Counted from the stretch's first letter, positions 1 through 9,885 are shown. The stretch is 64,000 bases of DNA from Candidatus Poribacteria bacterium (GCA_965242965.1 OZ251518.1:2656001-2720000), one strand, 5' to 3'. Notes: generated by a model from the sequence alone, not told the origin. Program-made: numbers and translations.

Positions 1-101
1 CGAGCGGGTTTCCCCCGCGATCATTGGATTGCGCGAGACATAGCGAGGGACAGGCCCTCGCCCTACGGAATATCAGGATGCATTAATCCTTTAAAAAACA
101 G

Positions 102-131
102 TTGACATTTTGTCTTGCATAAAGGTATACT
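102..131 (+). promoter_or_regulatory. sigma70-like promoter
   Basis: TTGACA-18nt-TATACT upstream of AAGGAGG RBS and ATG 164. Confidence 0.55.
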
Positions 132-163
132 ATAAGAAAGATTAGTTAAGGAGGGACTCACCC

Positions 164-709
164 ATGAAATTCTACATAGGGATGCTCGTCGGGCTGTTGT
201 TCGTGAGCGCATCGGCCTTCGGCGCACTGAGCGTCGATGACTACGAAAAACTCAATACCATGTTCAAAGAATCCGAGGCACGGACGCAGCAAGCCATCGA
301 GGACTCCGAGGCACGGATGAAGGAATACGTCTCGCAAGAAATCTCCCGAGAAATCGCAAAGGTGAACGGTGAAATCGGGAAGCTATCTATCCGCATTGAC
401 GCAACGAACACGCGGATAGACACCGAATCGCGAATCGCAAAGGAACGCTCCAGCGACTTCAACAACCGTTTGAACGTCATCATCGGGCTGATTGGCGTGT
501 TGATTGCCATTATCATCGGGCTCCCCTTGTTGCGGGATAGGAAAAAAGACCGCGAGCAAGATGAGCAACTTGAAGCACAGCAACAGCAACTCGAAGCACA
601 GCAACGCCAACTTGAGAAGCAACAGCAGGAACTTGAAGTCATGCGCCAAGAATTGGCAACACTCAAACAGAATCAGAGACCTTGGCAGGAAACACAACGC
701 ACACCGTAG
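164..709 (+). CDS. hypothetical membrane protein (signal peptide, coiled coil, TM helix, Q-rich tail)
   Basis: Strong RBS; signal-like N-terminus ending ASAFG; hydrophobic VIIGLIGVLIAIIIGLPLL; paralog of 993..1583. Confidence 0.8.
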   Translation: MKFYIGMLVGLLFVSASAFGALSVDDYEKLNTMFKESEARTQQAIEDSEARMKEYVSQEISREIAKVNGEIGKLSIRIDATNTRIDTESRIAKERSSDFNNRLNVIIGLIGVLIAIIIGLPLLRDRKKDREQDEQLEAQQQQLEAQQRQLEKQQQELEVMRQELATLKQNQRPWQETQRTP

Positions 710-941
710 GAAATGCCCCGGACACCGTAGCGCGGGGGCCTGTCTCTTCGGGTAGGAGGGACATCCCTGTCCCGACAGAAAACACAACGGACACCGTAAG
801 AAAACGCTCTGGCCACCGTAGCGCGGGGGCCTGTCCCCCGCGAGCGCTCAAGTATCAGGAAACACCCCGCACACCGTAGCGCGGGGGCCTGTCCCCCGAG
901 ATCGCTCAAGGAAACCGTCGAGACCAGGAGGTCTCTCCTAC
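706..941. repeat. cluster of GTAG-type REP palindromes
   Basis: GTAGCGCGGGGGCCTGTCCCCCGCGA, GTAGGAGGGACATCCCTGTCCCGA and TCGAGACCAGGAGGTCTCTCCTAC units; similar cluster at 1633..1810. Confidence 0.85.
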
Positions 942-992
942 GGGAGCGCGCGTTGTCACTGATCAAAAGATTAATTTAGGAGGTAATCACCC

Positions 993-1583
993 ATGAAATT
1001 CTACATAGGGATACTCGTTTGGCTGTTGTGCATGAGTGCATCGGCCTTTGGCGCACTGACCGCCGATGACTACGAAAAACTCAATACCATGTTCAAGGAA
1101 TCCGAAACGCGGACGCAGCAAGCCATCAAGGAGTCGGAGGCACGGATGAAGGAATACGTCTCGCAAGAAATCGCGAAGGTGAACACCGAAATCAGGCGGC
1201 TTGATAGCCGCATTGACGAAACGAACAAGCGGATGGAGGCCGGCTTTCAAGCCGTGAACACCCAATTCGGCGCGATGAATAACCGCTTCGGTGATGTCAA
1301 CATCCGTTTGAATCTCAACTTCGGGCTGTTGGTAGCGTTGATTGGGGTTGTCATTGGGCTGCCGTTGCTCCGCGAGCGGAAAAAAGAGCGCGAACAAGAT
1401 GAGCAACTTGCAGCACAGCAAGCGTTGATCGAGAAGCAGCAAGAGCAACTTGCTGCACAACAGCAGAAATTGGACATGCAACAACAGCTCTTGGCTGCAC
1501 AACAGCAGGAAATGGCCGCTGTCCGTGAGGAATTGGCAACGCTCAAGCAGCAGCAAATGCCGAATCCTTCTGCAACGGAATAA
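993..1583 (+). CDS. hypothetical membrane protein, tandem paralog of 164..709
   Basis: AGGAGG RBS; near-identical N-terminus MKFYIG...DDYEKLNTMFKESE; same TM + QQ coiled-coil layout. Confidence 0.8.
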   Translation: MKFYIGILVWLLCMSASAFGALTADDYEKLNTMFKESETRTQQAIKESEARMKEYVSQEIAKVNTEIRRLDSRIDETNKRMEAGFQAVNTQFGAMNNRFGDVNIRLNLNFGLLVALIGVVIGLPLLRERKKEREQDEQLAAQQALIEKQQEQLAAQQQKLDMQQQLLAAQQQEMAAVREELATLKQQQMPNPSATE

Positions 1584-1894
1584 AAACGAAAAATGCCCTT
1601 GCAAGCCCGCCGCATGAAACGCCCCGGGCCCTGTAGCGCGCGGGCCTGTTGCTGCGGGTAGGAGGGACATCCCTGTCCCGACAGAAAACACAACGGACAC
1701 CGTAAGAAAACGCCCCGCACACCGTAGCGCGGGGGCCTGTCCCCCGCGAACGTTCAAGTATCAGGAAACGCTCCGGCCACCGTAGCGCGGGGGGCTGTCC
1801 CCCGCGAGCGCTCAACAAAGGAAAAACGCGCAGAGGATATCTCCAACATGCCGCGCGAAATTCAGATAAAACAGTTGACTTGAGGGAATGCAAA

Positions 1895-2374
1895 ATGCAC
1901 ACATTGGAAATGACAGACGCTGAATGGTATGAACGGATACTTGATGTCCTGTTAGAGCATCTCGGCCCCAGAGAACTTCAGCGGTTCTTGGCGTATGCGA
2001 AAGCCGGGCGTGGCGAATTGGCGGCACCATGTCAACCATGGGTAACGCAGATGGAAAAGGAGACAATTCAGCGCGGGAAGCAGCCCTGTCGCCCGCGGCA
2101 CGCCGCAACTCCCTCTCTCGCAGAAGCACCGGCGAATTGCACACCGAAACCCATCGGCGAGATGACGGATGATGAACTCCATCGGTTCGGATTGGAGGGG
2201 ATTTCTGAGAAGTTGGGACTTCCTGGATTGGTTCGGTTTAGTCGGCTGTGCACACCGGGCACCGGCGACTACACCCGCGACCGGCACAAATGGCTGGATA
2301 AACTCGATTGGGACACGGTACTGGACGAGATTCGGCAGGTCCAAGAGGAACGCTACGGCGACAGGAAGGAATAG
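1895..2374 (+). CDS. putative antitoxin with internally duplicated domain
   Basis: Two EMTD..LG...RF repeats; C-terminal GDYTRDRHKWL motif typical of small proteins upstream of PIN toxins; GAGGGA RBS. Confidence 0.6.
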   Translation: MHTLEMTDAEWYERILDVLLEHLGPRELQRFLAYAKAGRGELAAPCQPWVTQMEKETIQRGKQPCRPRHAATPSLAEAPANCTPKPIGEMTDDELHRFGLEGISEKLGLPGLVRFSRLCTPGTGDYTRDRHKWLDKLDWDTVLDEIRQVQEERYGDRKE

Positions 2375-2382
2375 GCGAACTC

Positions 2383-2856
2383 GTGCAAAACCAATCTCAA
2401 CACCAGAACATCTATCTGGACACTTGCTGCTTAGGTCGCCCCTTTGACGCGCAGACGCAGGAACGGGTGCGCGAGGAAACTGAAGCCTTTGATGAAATCA
2501 TTGATAGTTTTTCCCTCGGTCGATTCCATTGGATTTCCAGCACAGCCGTGGAGCTCGAAGTTGGCAAGAACCCGAATGTAACGCAACGGAACCAGATCCA
2601 ATCCCAATTCAGTTTAGCATATCAAACGGTTCAGGTAGGTGCGTCGGAAACCGCCCGCGCCGCTCATCTCCAACAACTCGGATTCCCATCGTTTGATGCG
2701 TTACATATCGCTTGTGCCGAAAGCGGCGGTGCAGATGTCCTTCTCACCACGGACGATGTGTTTCTCAATCGGGCGAAACGCCTGCGGCAGCATCTTCACG
2801 TGGATGTAGAAAACCCGCGCGCGTGGTTACAGGCGGTAAGAGGGGCCCGCACGTAG
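2383..2856 (+). CDS. PIN domain (VapC-like) toxin
   Basis: IYLDTCCLGRPFD, DALHIACAE, LLTTDD acidic PIN motifs; GTG start inferred. Confidence 0.8.
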   Translation: MQNQSQHQNIYLDTCCLGRPFDAQTQERVREETEAFDEIIDSFSLGRFHWISSTAVELEVGKNPNVTQRNQIQSQFSLAYQTVQVGASETARAAHLQQLGFPSFDALHIACAESGGADVLLTTDDVFLNRAKRLRQHLHVDVENPRAWLQAVRGART

Positions 2857-2908
2857 GACGGGGGTATCCCTCGCGCTACTTCACATGCCCCGCGAAATGA
2901 ACGTAAAA

Positions 2909-3460
2909 TGAGGGTGTTTCATAAATTCGTTTCGGTATTTATCTCCCCTTGGGGGAGGGCGAATACCGATAGAAAAGCGAGGGGGGCGCGCATCGGGCCC
3001 ATCTCTGTAGTTCGGGAGCACCCGCTCCCGAACGGGTCAGGATCAGGCGATCCTGACCTACAGGGGTGATAAGGTCTGCTAGCAAAACGATGGCGAGGGC
3101 CCTTGCATGCCACACGCGCAGGCGAGCGGGTTTCCCTCGCCATGCTGCGATCGCGGATGACAGGCCCCCGCGCTACGGGAAAAAAACAGTCCCCTTCATC
3201 GTAGGGCGAGGGCCTGTCCCTCGCCATCGCTCGCGCTACGGAAAAAACGTCTTTTAGGTCCGTAGGACCTTAATGTCTATAGCACGCGCGATCGCCAAGA
3301 ACACTAAGGTCCTTTAGGTCCTTAATAGACTTTGAGATGCGGCGTGTTTTTTATTAAGGACCTAAAGGACCTTGAAAACGGGCCGACACGGGCTGCTATA
3401 GACATGTAGGTCCTAAAGGACCTAAAGAGGCATCCATAACGGATTTATGAAACACCCTCA
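2909..3460. mobile_element. MITE-like cassette with 18-bp terminal inverted repeats enclosing REP modules
   Basis: TGAGGGTGTTTCATAAAT (2909-2926) and its exact reverse complement (3443-3460); no credible coding content. Confidence 0.6.
3254..3427. repeat. 174-bp nested inverted-repeat element (copy 1)
   Basis: Outer ~30-bp imperfect IR TTAGGTCC..GGACCT..ATGTCTATAGC and inner IR AAGGTCCTTTAGGTCCTTAATA; second copy 24748..24921. Confidence 0.8.
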
Positions 3461-3599
3461 GATAACTGAAAATGGACATGAGGAACGCTACGGCGGCGGA
3501 ATCGGCAAAGTTCAAGCAGCAGGAACCGACTGTCCTCCTGCAACGGAATAAGAGGTGTCTCAGGCGAGGAACCGGTTTCCCTCGCCTGAGATGCCTTCG

Positions 3600-4337
3600 T
3601 TACGAAATCCCCTCCCAATACTTCCACATATCGTCCGGGGTTTCAAACTTAATCTCATCTAAATCTTTCCGGCGGTAACGCCCGATGAGCGCGATGCGAA
3701 CCCGCCGTCCACAATTTGGACCGGCGGTGTGACTCATCTGATGATGCCAGAAACAGACATCCCCCGCCTCGCCTGTAAACTCATGGCTCGGCCCTAAATC
3801 AAACGGCGCAATGCCGCCCGGAAGACTGTCCAAGTCATGGTATCGGAAATACTCCGCCCAAACGCGATGACTGCCGGGCCAAATCGTGAAGCCGCCCCCC
3901 TGTTTCTCTACCTTTTCAAGATAGAGAGTAGCGCCGAGGGTGAAAGAACCGACGACACCCTTTGGCACACCGTTCGTCGGAGTATGGTAACCGTCGAGGT
4001 GTCCCATCGGTTCGCGCCATTCTTTGTCCGGATCTGGAAAATTGATATGCGGTCCCGCGCCGCCACCCGTATTCAATTTGCCCTCACCGACGAGCTCCTC
4101 CGCCATCGCGTAAACGTTGTTGCCGTAGAGGGTGCCACGGATGACATCCTCGCCGCCGACCGGCGCAGTACGGTAACCCTTGCGAATCCAAGACACCGGA
4201 TCGTTTCTGTCTTCTTCCAACGACTCCCAGACCCTGTCAAGGGCGGCATCGATGGCATCCTGCGTTAACGCGCCGCGCACGATGAGGTAGCCGTGCTCTT
4301 TGAAAAATGCTTTGTCCTGAGGCATTAAATGTGCCAT
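3600..4337 (-). CDS. phytanoyl-CoA dioxygenase (PhyH) family 2OG-Fe(II) oxygenase
   Basis: FFKEHGYLIV, HLD iron motif, GGFTIWPGSH, GDVCFWH..HTAGPN..R; AGGAG RBS before ATG 4337. Confidence 0.85.
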   Translation of the reverse strand: MAHLMPQDKAFFKEHGYLIVRGALTQDAIDAALDRVWESLEEDRNDPVSWIRKGYRTAPVGGEDVIRGTLYGNNVYAMAEELVGEGKLNTGGGAGPHINFPDPDKEWREPMGHLDGYHTPTNGVPKGVVGSFTLGATLYLEKVEKQGGGFTIWPGSHRVWAEYFRYHDLDSLPGGIAPFDLGPSHEFTGEAGDVCFWHHQMSHTAGPNCGRRVRIALIGRYRRKDLDEIKFETPDDMWKYWEGIS

Positions 4338-4356
4338 GGTTTTGGTTCTCCTTTTA

Positions 4357-4683
4357 GGTGTGCATCGAGACCGGGAGGTCTCTCCTACTGCTCCTAGCAT
4401 ACGGTGTGCATCGAGACCGGGAGGTCTCTCCTACTGCTGCTTGGCGAGGGACAGGCCCTCGCCCTACGAAAAATGGGACGCTTTTCGCGGCGCGCATACC
4501 ATCCTATTTGAGATCAGGCGATCTCAAACTACAGATTGGGCCTTCTAACTGCTGCTTGGCGAGGGACAGGCCCTCGCCCTACGAAAAACGGGACGCTTTT
4601 TGAGGGACAGGCACTCACCTTACGAAAAACGGGACGCTTTTTGAGGGACAGGCACTCGTCCTACGAAAAACGGGACGCTTTTT
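4357..4683. repeat. REP cluster with locally amplified flanks
   Basis: Two GCATCGAGACCGGGAGGTCTCTCCTAC units and repeated GAGGGACAGGC..TACGAAAAACGGGACGCTTTT units. Confidence 0.8.
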
Positions 4684-5863
4684 ACGGTGCGCATACCATA
4701 AATCCGTTCTCTTCAACGGCTTTCTGATAGGGCGTTTCGTCAAGTGATAAACCGAAGCCGGGAAGTGTCGGCATCTGGATATAGCCATCAACTATCTCGT
4801 AAGCCGAGTCATCTATGCCGGGGACGGTGGCGTGATCCCACTCGACGAACTCGAACAGATCGATTTTGGCAGCGAGGTGCCCCGTGGCGAAGTTGCCGTA
4901 ATACCCACCGTAATGGTGCGGCGCAGTGCCAACGTTCCAGGCATCAAGCTGCGGGCCCAATTCCAGCCAGCGCGTGAAACCGGGGTGGAAAATGTCATAC
5001 TGCACGACATCAACGAGCCCCTCTTCCGCCCACTGCAACAGGTGCGGAGATGCACTGCCTTCGCCATCCGCAATCTTCGTCTTCAAGCCTTCGGCGTTCA
5101 ACCACGCTTTCAGGTTGCTATACAAGCGCGCGTCTTCGTGGAACGCCTCCTCGACCCAATAGACATCGGCATCGGCGGTTTCGCTCAACACGCGCTTAGT
5201 CAAGTTGAGGTTGTAGCCGTTGTTAGCATCAATTAGAATCGTCGCTCTCCGTCCCAGCACTTCTCGCACTGCTTTGATGACGCGGATGTCGCGTTGCGTG
5301 CCTTTTTCCAGCGGCATGTGCATCGCGCCTCGGCCCACCTTAATCTTAAAGGCGGCATGCCCGCGCGCCGCACCTGACAACGCCTCGGAAGCGATAAGGA
5401 CAGCCGCTTCATCATCGTCTTCTAGATGAAGATCATCGATGTATAACGACGTGTCGTAACACGGAACGCGGAATGAACCGTGTTTTCCAAGGGGTTCCTT
5501 GAGGTTCTGTAATACGGCGTAAACAGGCTTCTGCTCCAGCTGCCCAAGCAGATCCCAGAGCGGATACTCCAGCATCCGAAATGCCTCTTTCACTTGTGGC
5601 ACCTTCCCTCTTGCGCCTTCCTGTTCCCAATTTTCAGGAAACTCAAATGCGTCGTTGAGGTGAAACCCGACGATGGATTCCGCAACTTCCTTTGAGCAGT
5701 GCGCGCGGCCGAAACCGCTGACACCGTCAAACGTCGTTATCCGTGCGATGGAAGGACTGACATGCAGTCCATGTTCGCCGAGTCGGGAATTGCAGCCTGC
5801 TTTCCGCGGGCGTTTCCCGGTCAAGCGGCCCCACTCAATCCGTTCAATTCTGACGTTATGCAT
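4682..5863 (-). CDS. mandelate racemase / muconate lactonizing enzyme family
   Basis: FKIKVG, LIDANNGY, WVEE, ADGE, PGFG enolase-superfamily motifs. Confidence 0.85.
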   Translation of the reverse strand: MHNVRIERIEWGRLTGKRPRKAGCNSRLGEHGLHVSPSIARITTFDGVSGFGRAHCSKEVAESIVGFHLNDAFEFPENWEQEGARGKVPQVKEAFRMLEYPLWDLLGQLEQKPVYAVLQNLKEPLGKHGSFRVPCYDTSLYIDDLHLEDDDEAAVLIASEALSGAARGHAAFKIKVGRGAMHMPLEKGTQRDIRVIKAVREVLGRRATILIDANNGYNLNLTKRVLSETADADVYWVEEAFHEDARLYSNLKAWLNAEGLKTKIADGEGSASPHLLQWAEEGLVDVVQYDIFHPGFTRWLELGPQLDAWNVGTAPHHYGGYYGNFATGHLAAKIDLFEFVEWDHATVPGIDDSAYEIVDGYIQMPTLPGFGLSLDETPYQKAVEENGFMVCAP

Positions 5864-5872
5864 GCCGCCTCC

Positions 5873-6382
5873 TTATATTTGCGTCTCAAGCAGCGCGAGA
5901 CTCTTCGCATCCAAGCGGTGATAATTCTCTATCTCGTAGCGATTGCCATCGGCATCCTTGATCAGCACCTTCCCGCTATCCAAAGTGACGACATCATACC
6001 GGGTCTTCAGGCCGAATTCGACTTCGCCGCGGTTGGTTTCGACAACCCATCTCGTCACGCCGAATTCACCTCCCAGGAAGTGGATTTTGGTAATCTTCGG
6101 CATGAAATACCGCCGTTGCAGCTCCGAAGTTAAGATTTTCTGCGAATCTTTGGGGAGATGCTTGAGGTCTTGAATCACCCCGATTTCGTTCTCTTCGCTA
6201 TCCAACAACGAGATATATCTGCTGGATTCGCTGAGCGGAAACGCAAGCACCGGTTGAATGTTCGTGTGGCTCGTGTGATCGGGGAGTGTGACAACGAGTT
6301 CTTCAAACGCGTTCCGTTCAATGTGAATCTGGCTTGCGTCTAGGAATTGTAATTCTTCGGTAATGCGAATAGCTTCTTGCAT
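5873..6382 (-). CDS. DUF1854 domain protein
   Basis: AFPLS..RYISL, RYFMPKI, W.VETNRG, LIKDADGNRYEI; follows ABC transporter; GGAGA RBS before ATG 6382. Confidence 0.8.
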   Translation of the reverse strand: MQEAIRITEELQFLDASQIHIERNAFEELVVTLPDHTSHTNIQPVLAFPLSESSRYISLLDSEENEIGVIQDLKHLPKDSQKILTSELQRRYFMPKITKIHFLGGEFGVTRWVVETNRGEVEFGLKTRYDVVTLDSGKVLIKDADGNRYEIENYHRLDAKSLALLETQI

Positions 6383-6409
6383 CGTGGTATTCTCCAACTG
6401 CTTCCCCCT

Positions 6410-6780
6410 ACTGTAGATCTGGCGATCGCGGGGGACAGGCCCCCGCGCTACGTTCGTAGGGACGTTGCGTGGTATTCTCCAACCGTTTCTCCCACCGTAG
6501 TGCGAGGGACAGGCCCTCGCAAGTCTGTAGTTTGCGATCGCCTGATCGCAAAGAGAGCACGCTTACCCATACCGTAGTGCGAGGGCCTGTCCCTCGCAAG
6601 GCATCGATCTGACGATCGCGGGGGACAGGCCCCCGCGCTACGTTCATACGAACGTTTCGCTTTTCAAACGGGCGATCGCGGGGGAAACCCGCTCGGATGC
6701 GCGTATGGCATCCGAGGGCCCCCGCGCTACGTTCGTAGGGACGTTTCGCTTTTCCGCGCGTAGGACGCGCGCCTACCGGC
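6410..6780. repeat. REP cluster
   Basis: Multiple TCGCGGGGGACAGGCCCCCGCGCTAC and variants incl. CTGTAGTTTGCGATCGCCTGATCGCAAA. Confidence 0.85.
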
Positions 6781-9204
6781 TTACCATGCCCGGATTTTGG
6801 ACAACTCCGTCTGCTTGGTGCACAAACCGGCATAGGTGCCGTCTTTGGCGAGCAGTTCCTCATGCGTGCCGATCTCGTCAACTTCGCCATCTTTCAGGAC
6901 GACGAGCCGGTCGGCATATTTGAGCGTCGACAGCCGGTGCGCGATGGCGAAAACGGTGCGCCCACGCACGAGACGTTCTAACGCCTCCTGAATCTTCGAT
7001 TCTGTCTCTGTATCCACCGAGGATGTCGCCTCGTCTAGGATGAGGATGCGCGGATTCTTCAAAATTGCTCGCGCGATGGAAATCCGCTGACGTTCGCCGC
7101 CAGACACGCGCGCCCCGCGCTCGCCTACCATCGTGTCATAGCCATCAGGGAACTTGATGATAAAATCGTGCGCGTTGGCAGCCTTCGCCGCGGCGACAAT
7201 CTCATGCCGCGACGCACCCGGCTTGGAGTAGCCGATGTTCTCCGCTATCGTGCCTTGGAAGAGGAACGGATCTTGTAACACCACGCCGACTTGTTGCCGC
7301 AGTGCCTTCACCTTAATATCCTGAATGCCGTGTCCATCAATCTCAATAGTGCCATCGCTGGCATCGTAAAATCGGGTGATGAGATTGATGACGGTGCTTT
7401 TCCCTGCACCACTATGCCCAACCAATCCAATCATCTCGCCGGCTTCCGCGCGGAAACTGACACCTCTCAACGCATTCTTCTCGGTATCGTAAGAGAAATA
7501 GACATCTTTGAACTCAACGGTGCCCTGCACTTTTTCAAGCGCGACGGCATCATTTTTATCTCCCACACTCGGCGGTGTGTCAAGGATTTCAAACACCCGG
7601 TCGGCGGAAGTTGCAGCACGCACGAACCGTTCGTTCATATTGCACAGCGTGTGGACGGGCCCGAAGAACCGATACATCAGACCTTGGAACATGAGCAACT
7701 GGCCCAGCGTGAGTTCTGCGTTGAATATCTGTTGTCCGCCAACGAACCAAATGATGATGGAGCCGGAGAAGACGATGAAGCCCATGATAGGCCGGTAAAG
7801 CGTCCATAACTTCGCCGCGTTCATCTCCCCGTGGAAGACCTGGTAGGTATACTCGCTAAAGCGGCTGACTTCGTGGCGTTCCCGCGCGAATGCCTTCACG
7901 ACGCGCACACCCGGAATCGTGCTCGCCAGCAGCGAACTAATGTTAGCATACCGTTTCCATAACACCTTGAAAACCTTGCTCATCTTGTGCCCAAAGAAGA
8001 CGGTAAAGAAGATGAGACACGGGATAGGAATCAGTGTCCACAACGCCAATTTCCAATTCTCAGAGAACATGATCACAGCGATGAAGATGATTGTCAGCGA
8101 GTCCCCGATGATGTCTTGCAACCCGTTTGTGATGAAATCCCGTAGTCTCCCCACATCTTGCGTAATCCTTGACATCAGGTTTCCGGTATCGCGTTGCTGA
8201 TAGAAATCAAGCGAGAGCGCGTTGAGATGCTCGTAGGTCTCGTCGCGGAGCCGTCGGGTAACGTTTTGTCCTACCCACGCCATCATATAGCCGCGGATCG
8301 CCCCTGTCGCCGCTGTGAAAACGTTGACTCCCGCCATTAAAATGACAAGGAAGACGAGGTGTCCCCAGCCGCCTGAGGTTGGAGTCGCGGCAAACCAACC
8401 CCCTAGCCAATTCACGAAACCTTCTAGGTGTCCCCAACTCGTTTCCGCAATCGGCTCTCCGTTTGCCAAAGCCTGAGCGACCGGGGTGAGGACGTTATCT
8501 ATCATCTGCGGCCTGAGAATATCAGGATAAAGTGAGACGAATCGGATTACCATCATCAATGCGAGTGCTGGCAACATGACGTGCAAGTACGGAAACGCAT
8601 ATCTGATGAGTCGGTAAATCAACTTCCGCTTCTCAACACATTTCACACAAACCCCAGACCAGCTCGGAATGGGTTGTCCGCAGGCTTCACACTTATCCTT
8701 GTTCTTGCCGAGTCCTTTGGGTTTCGGCTGCTTTTTCCCGTTATCGGCATCGGGATTCGCAGTCACCACAAGTTTCTCAAGCTCCGGTGTTGCCATGTCA
8801 AATTTCGGTGCGACGCGGCGAGAGTAGCGCGCCACCTCCATGGCGTTGTCGGATGTCCGAACCTTGAGGATGTTATTGCCGTTCATTTCCACGACATCGA
8901 CAGTCTCAACGGCGTTGAGTTCGACTTCGCGAAGTTCGTGCTCGGGTGCCCCGTTCTGGTTAAAAGCGATGAGTCGTCTATCGGTAGCAATTAACCAATC
9001 TTTTCCGTAGTTTCCGTCAAACCGCAGGTCGGTTGAGAGGGAAACCTTAATTTCCTCCCCTTCTGAAAGTAGTGCCTTCGCCCGTTTCTCCAAACTTTCG
9101 GGGATTTCCTCGGTCGTCGTTAACACTTCGTCGGCCTGTTTCTCGAAGTGCGCGCGTCCGTAGGATGGCCTTTTCCGGAGAAACTCGCGTCTCGTCCGGT
9201 CCAT
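6781..9204 (-). CDS. ABC transporter fused permease/ATP-binding protein with N-terminal extension
   Basis: Walker A GHSGAGKS, signature VSGGERQR, ILILDEATSS; TM helices; CxxC..CxxC before the TM domain; GGAGG RBS before ATG 9204. Confidence 0.9.
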   Translation of the reverse strand: MDRTRREFLRKRPSYGRAHFEKQADEVLTTTEEIPESLEKRAKALLSEGEEIKVSLSTDLRFDGNYGKDWLIATDRRLIAFNQNGAPEHELREVELNAVETVDVVEMNGNNILKVRTSDNAMEVARYSRRVAPKFDMATPELEKLVVTANPDADNGKKQPKPKGLGKNKDKCEACGQPIPSWSGVCVKCVEKRKLIYRLIRYAFPYLHVMLPALALMMVIRFVSLYPDILRPQMIDNVLTPVAQALANGEPIAETSWGHLEGFVNWLGGWFAATPTSGGWGHLVFLVILMAGVNVFTAATGAIRGYMMAWVGQNVTRRLRDETYEHLNALSLDFYQQRDTGNLMSRITQDVGRLRDFITNGLQDIIGDSLTIIFIAVIMFSENWKLALWTLIPIPCLIFFTVFFGHKMSKVFKVLWKRYANISSLLASTIPGVRVVKAFARERHEVSRFSEYTYQVFHGEMNAAKLWTLYRPIMGFIVFSGSIIIWFVGGQQIFNAELTLGQLLMFQGLMYRFFGPVHTLCNMNERFVRAATSADRVFEILDTPPSVGDKNDAVALEKVQGTVEFKDVYFSYDTEKNALRGVSFRAEAGEMIGLVGHSGAGKSTVINLITRFYDASDGTIEIDGHGIQDIKVKALRQQVGVVLQDPFLFQGTIAENIGYSKPGASRHEIVAAAKAANAHDFIIKFPDGYDTMVGERGARVSGGERQRISIARAILKNPRILILDEATSSVDTETESKIQEALERLVRGRTVFAIAHRLSTLKYADRLVVLKDGEVDEIGTHEELLAKDGTYAGLCTKQTELSKIRAW

Positions 9205-9487
9205 AATCAAACCTCCACAGCATTCTTTGTCGTCGGTATGGGCATGCCAGTTTTCATCGGTATTCCGTTTTCTGGGAGGTCCCTCCTACCGGGAGAGGGG
9301 CCACGACATCGGAAAACGAACGGGTTTCTGGCAAACGATGCCCTTAATTAGTCTATTTAACGAAAAAATTTAGAAAAGGTTGAAAAAAATTTGCAAAACC
9401 TGTGAAAAAACCTGCAAAACAACAGCATCCTTTCGTTTTTCCCACCGTAATGGCAGATTTTTCTATCTGTCCATGTTTTTTCACAGC

Positions 9488-9821
9488 GTTCGTGACACCC
9501 CGAACGATTCCGTTTTTTATGGTAGGAGAGACCTCCTGGTCTTGATGCATCCCCGGAGGAGAGCCCTCCTGGTCTCGATTTCTTACTCGCCATCGCTCGC
9601 GTGCCAGGCTCTGTAGGTCAGGATCGCCTGATCCTGACCTGTTTGTGATCAGGCGATCACAAACTACAGAGGAGGGAAACACACATCCTGACGATGGAGA
9701 TCGCGGGGGAAACCCGCTCGGATGCGCGTATGGCATCCGAGGGCCCCCGCGCTACGGTACTGTGACATTTTCTTGACAGGTCTCTCCTACCGGGAAGACA
9801 TCAATTCATGAAACATCCTCA
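9488..9821. repeat. composite REP cluster
   Basis: Several REP families; shares modules with 60239..60572; ends in ATGAAACATCCTCA resembling the cassette TIR. Confidence 0.7.
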
Positions 9822-9885
9822 CATAATTTCCGAAATTATGTTATGATATGCAACAAAACTTTCACTGCCACAGCGAGGTAAAACA

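Noticed and set aside
663-966. Small ORFs with ARDRPSPY / GGQAPALR / RGTGPR peptides here and in other intergenic regions
   Set aside because: Translations of REP clusters, with no RBS or domain support
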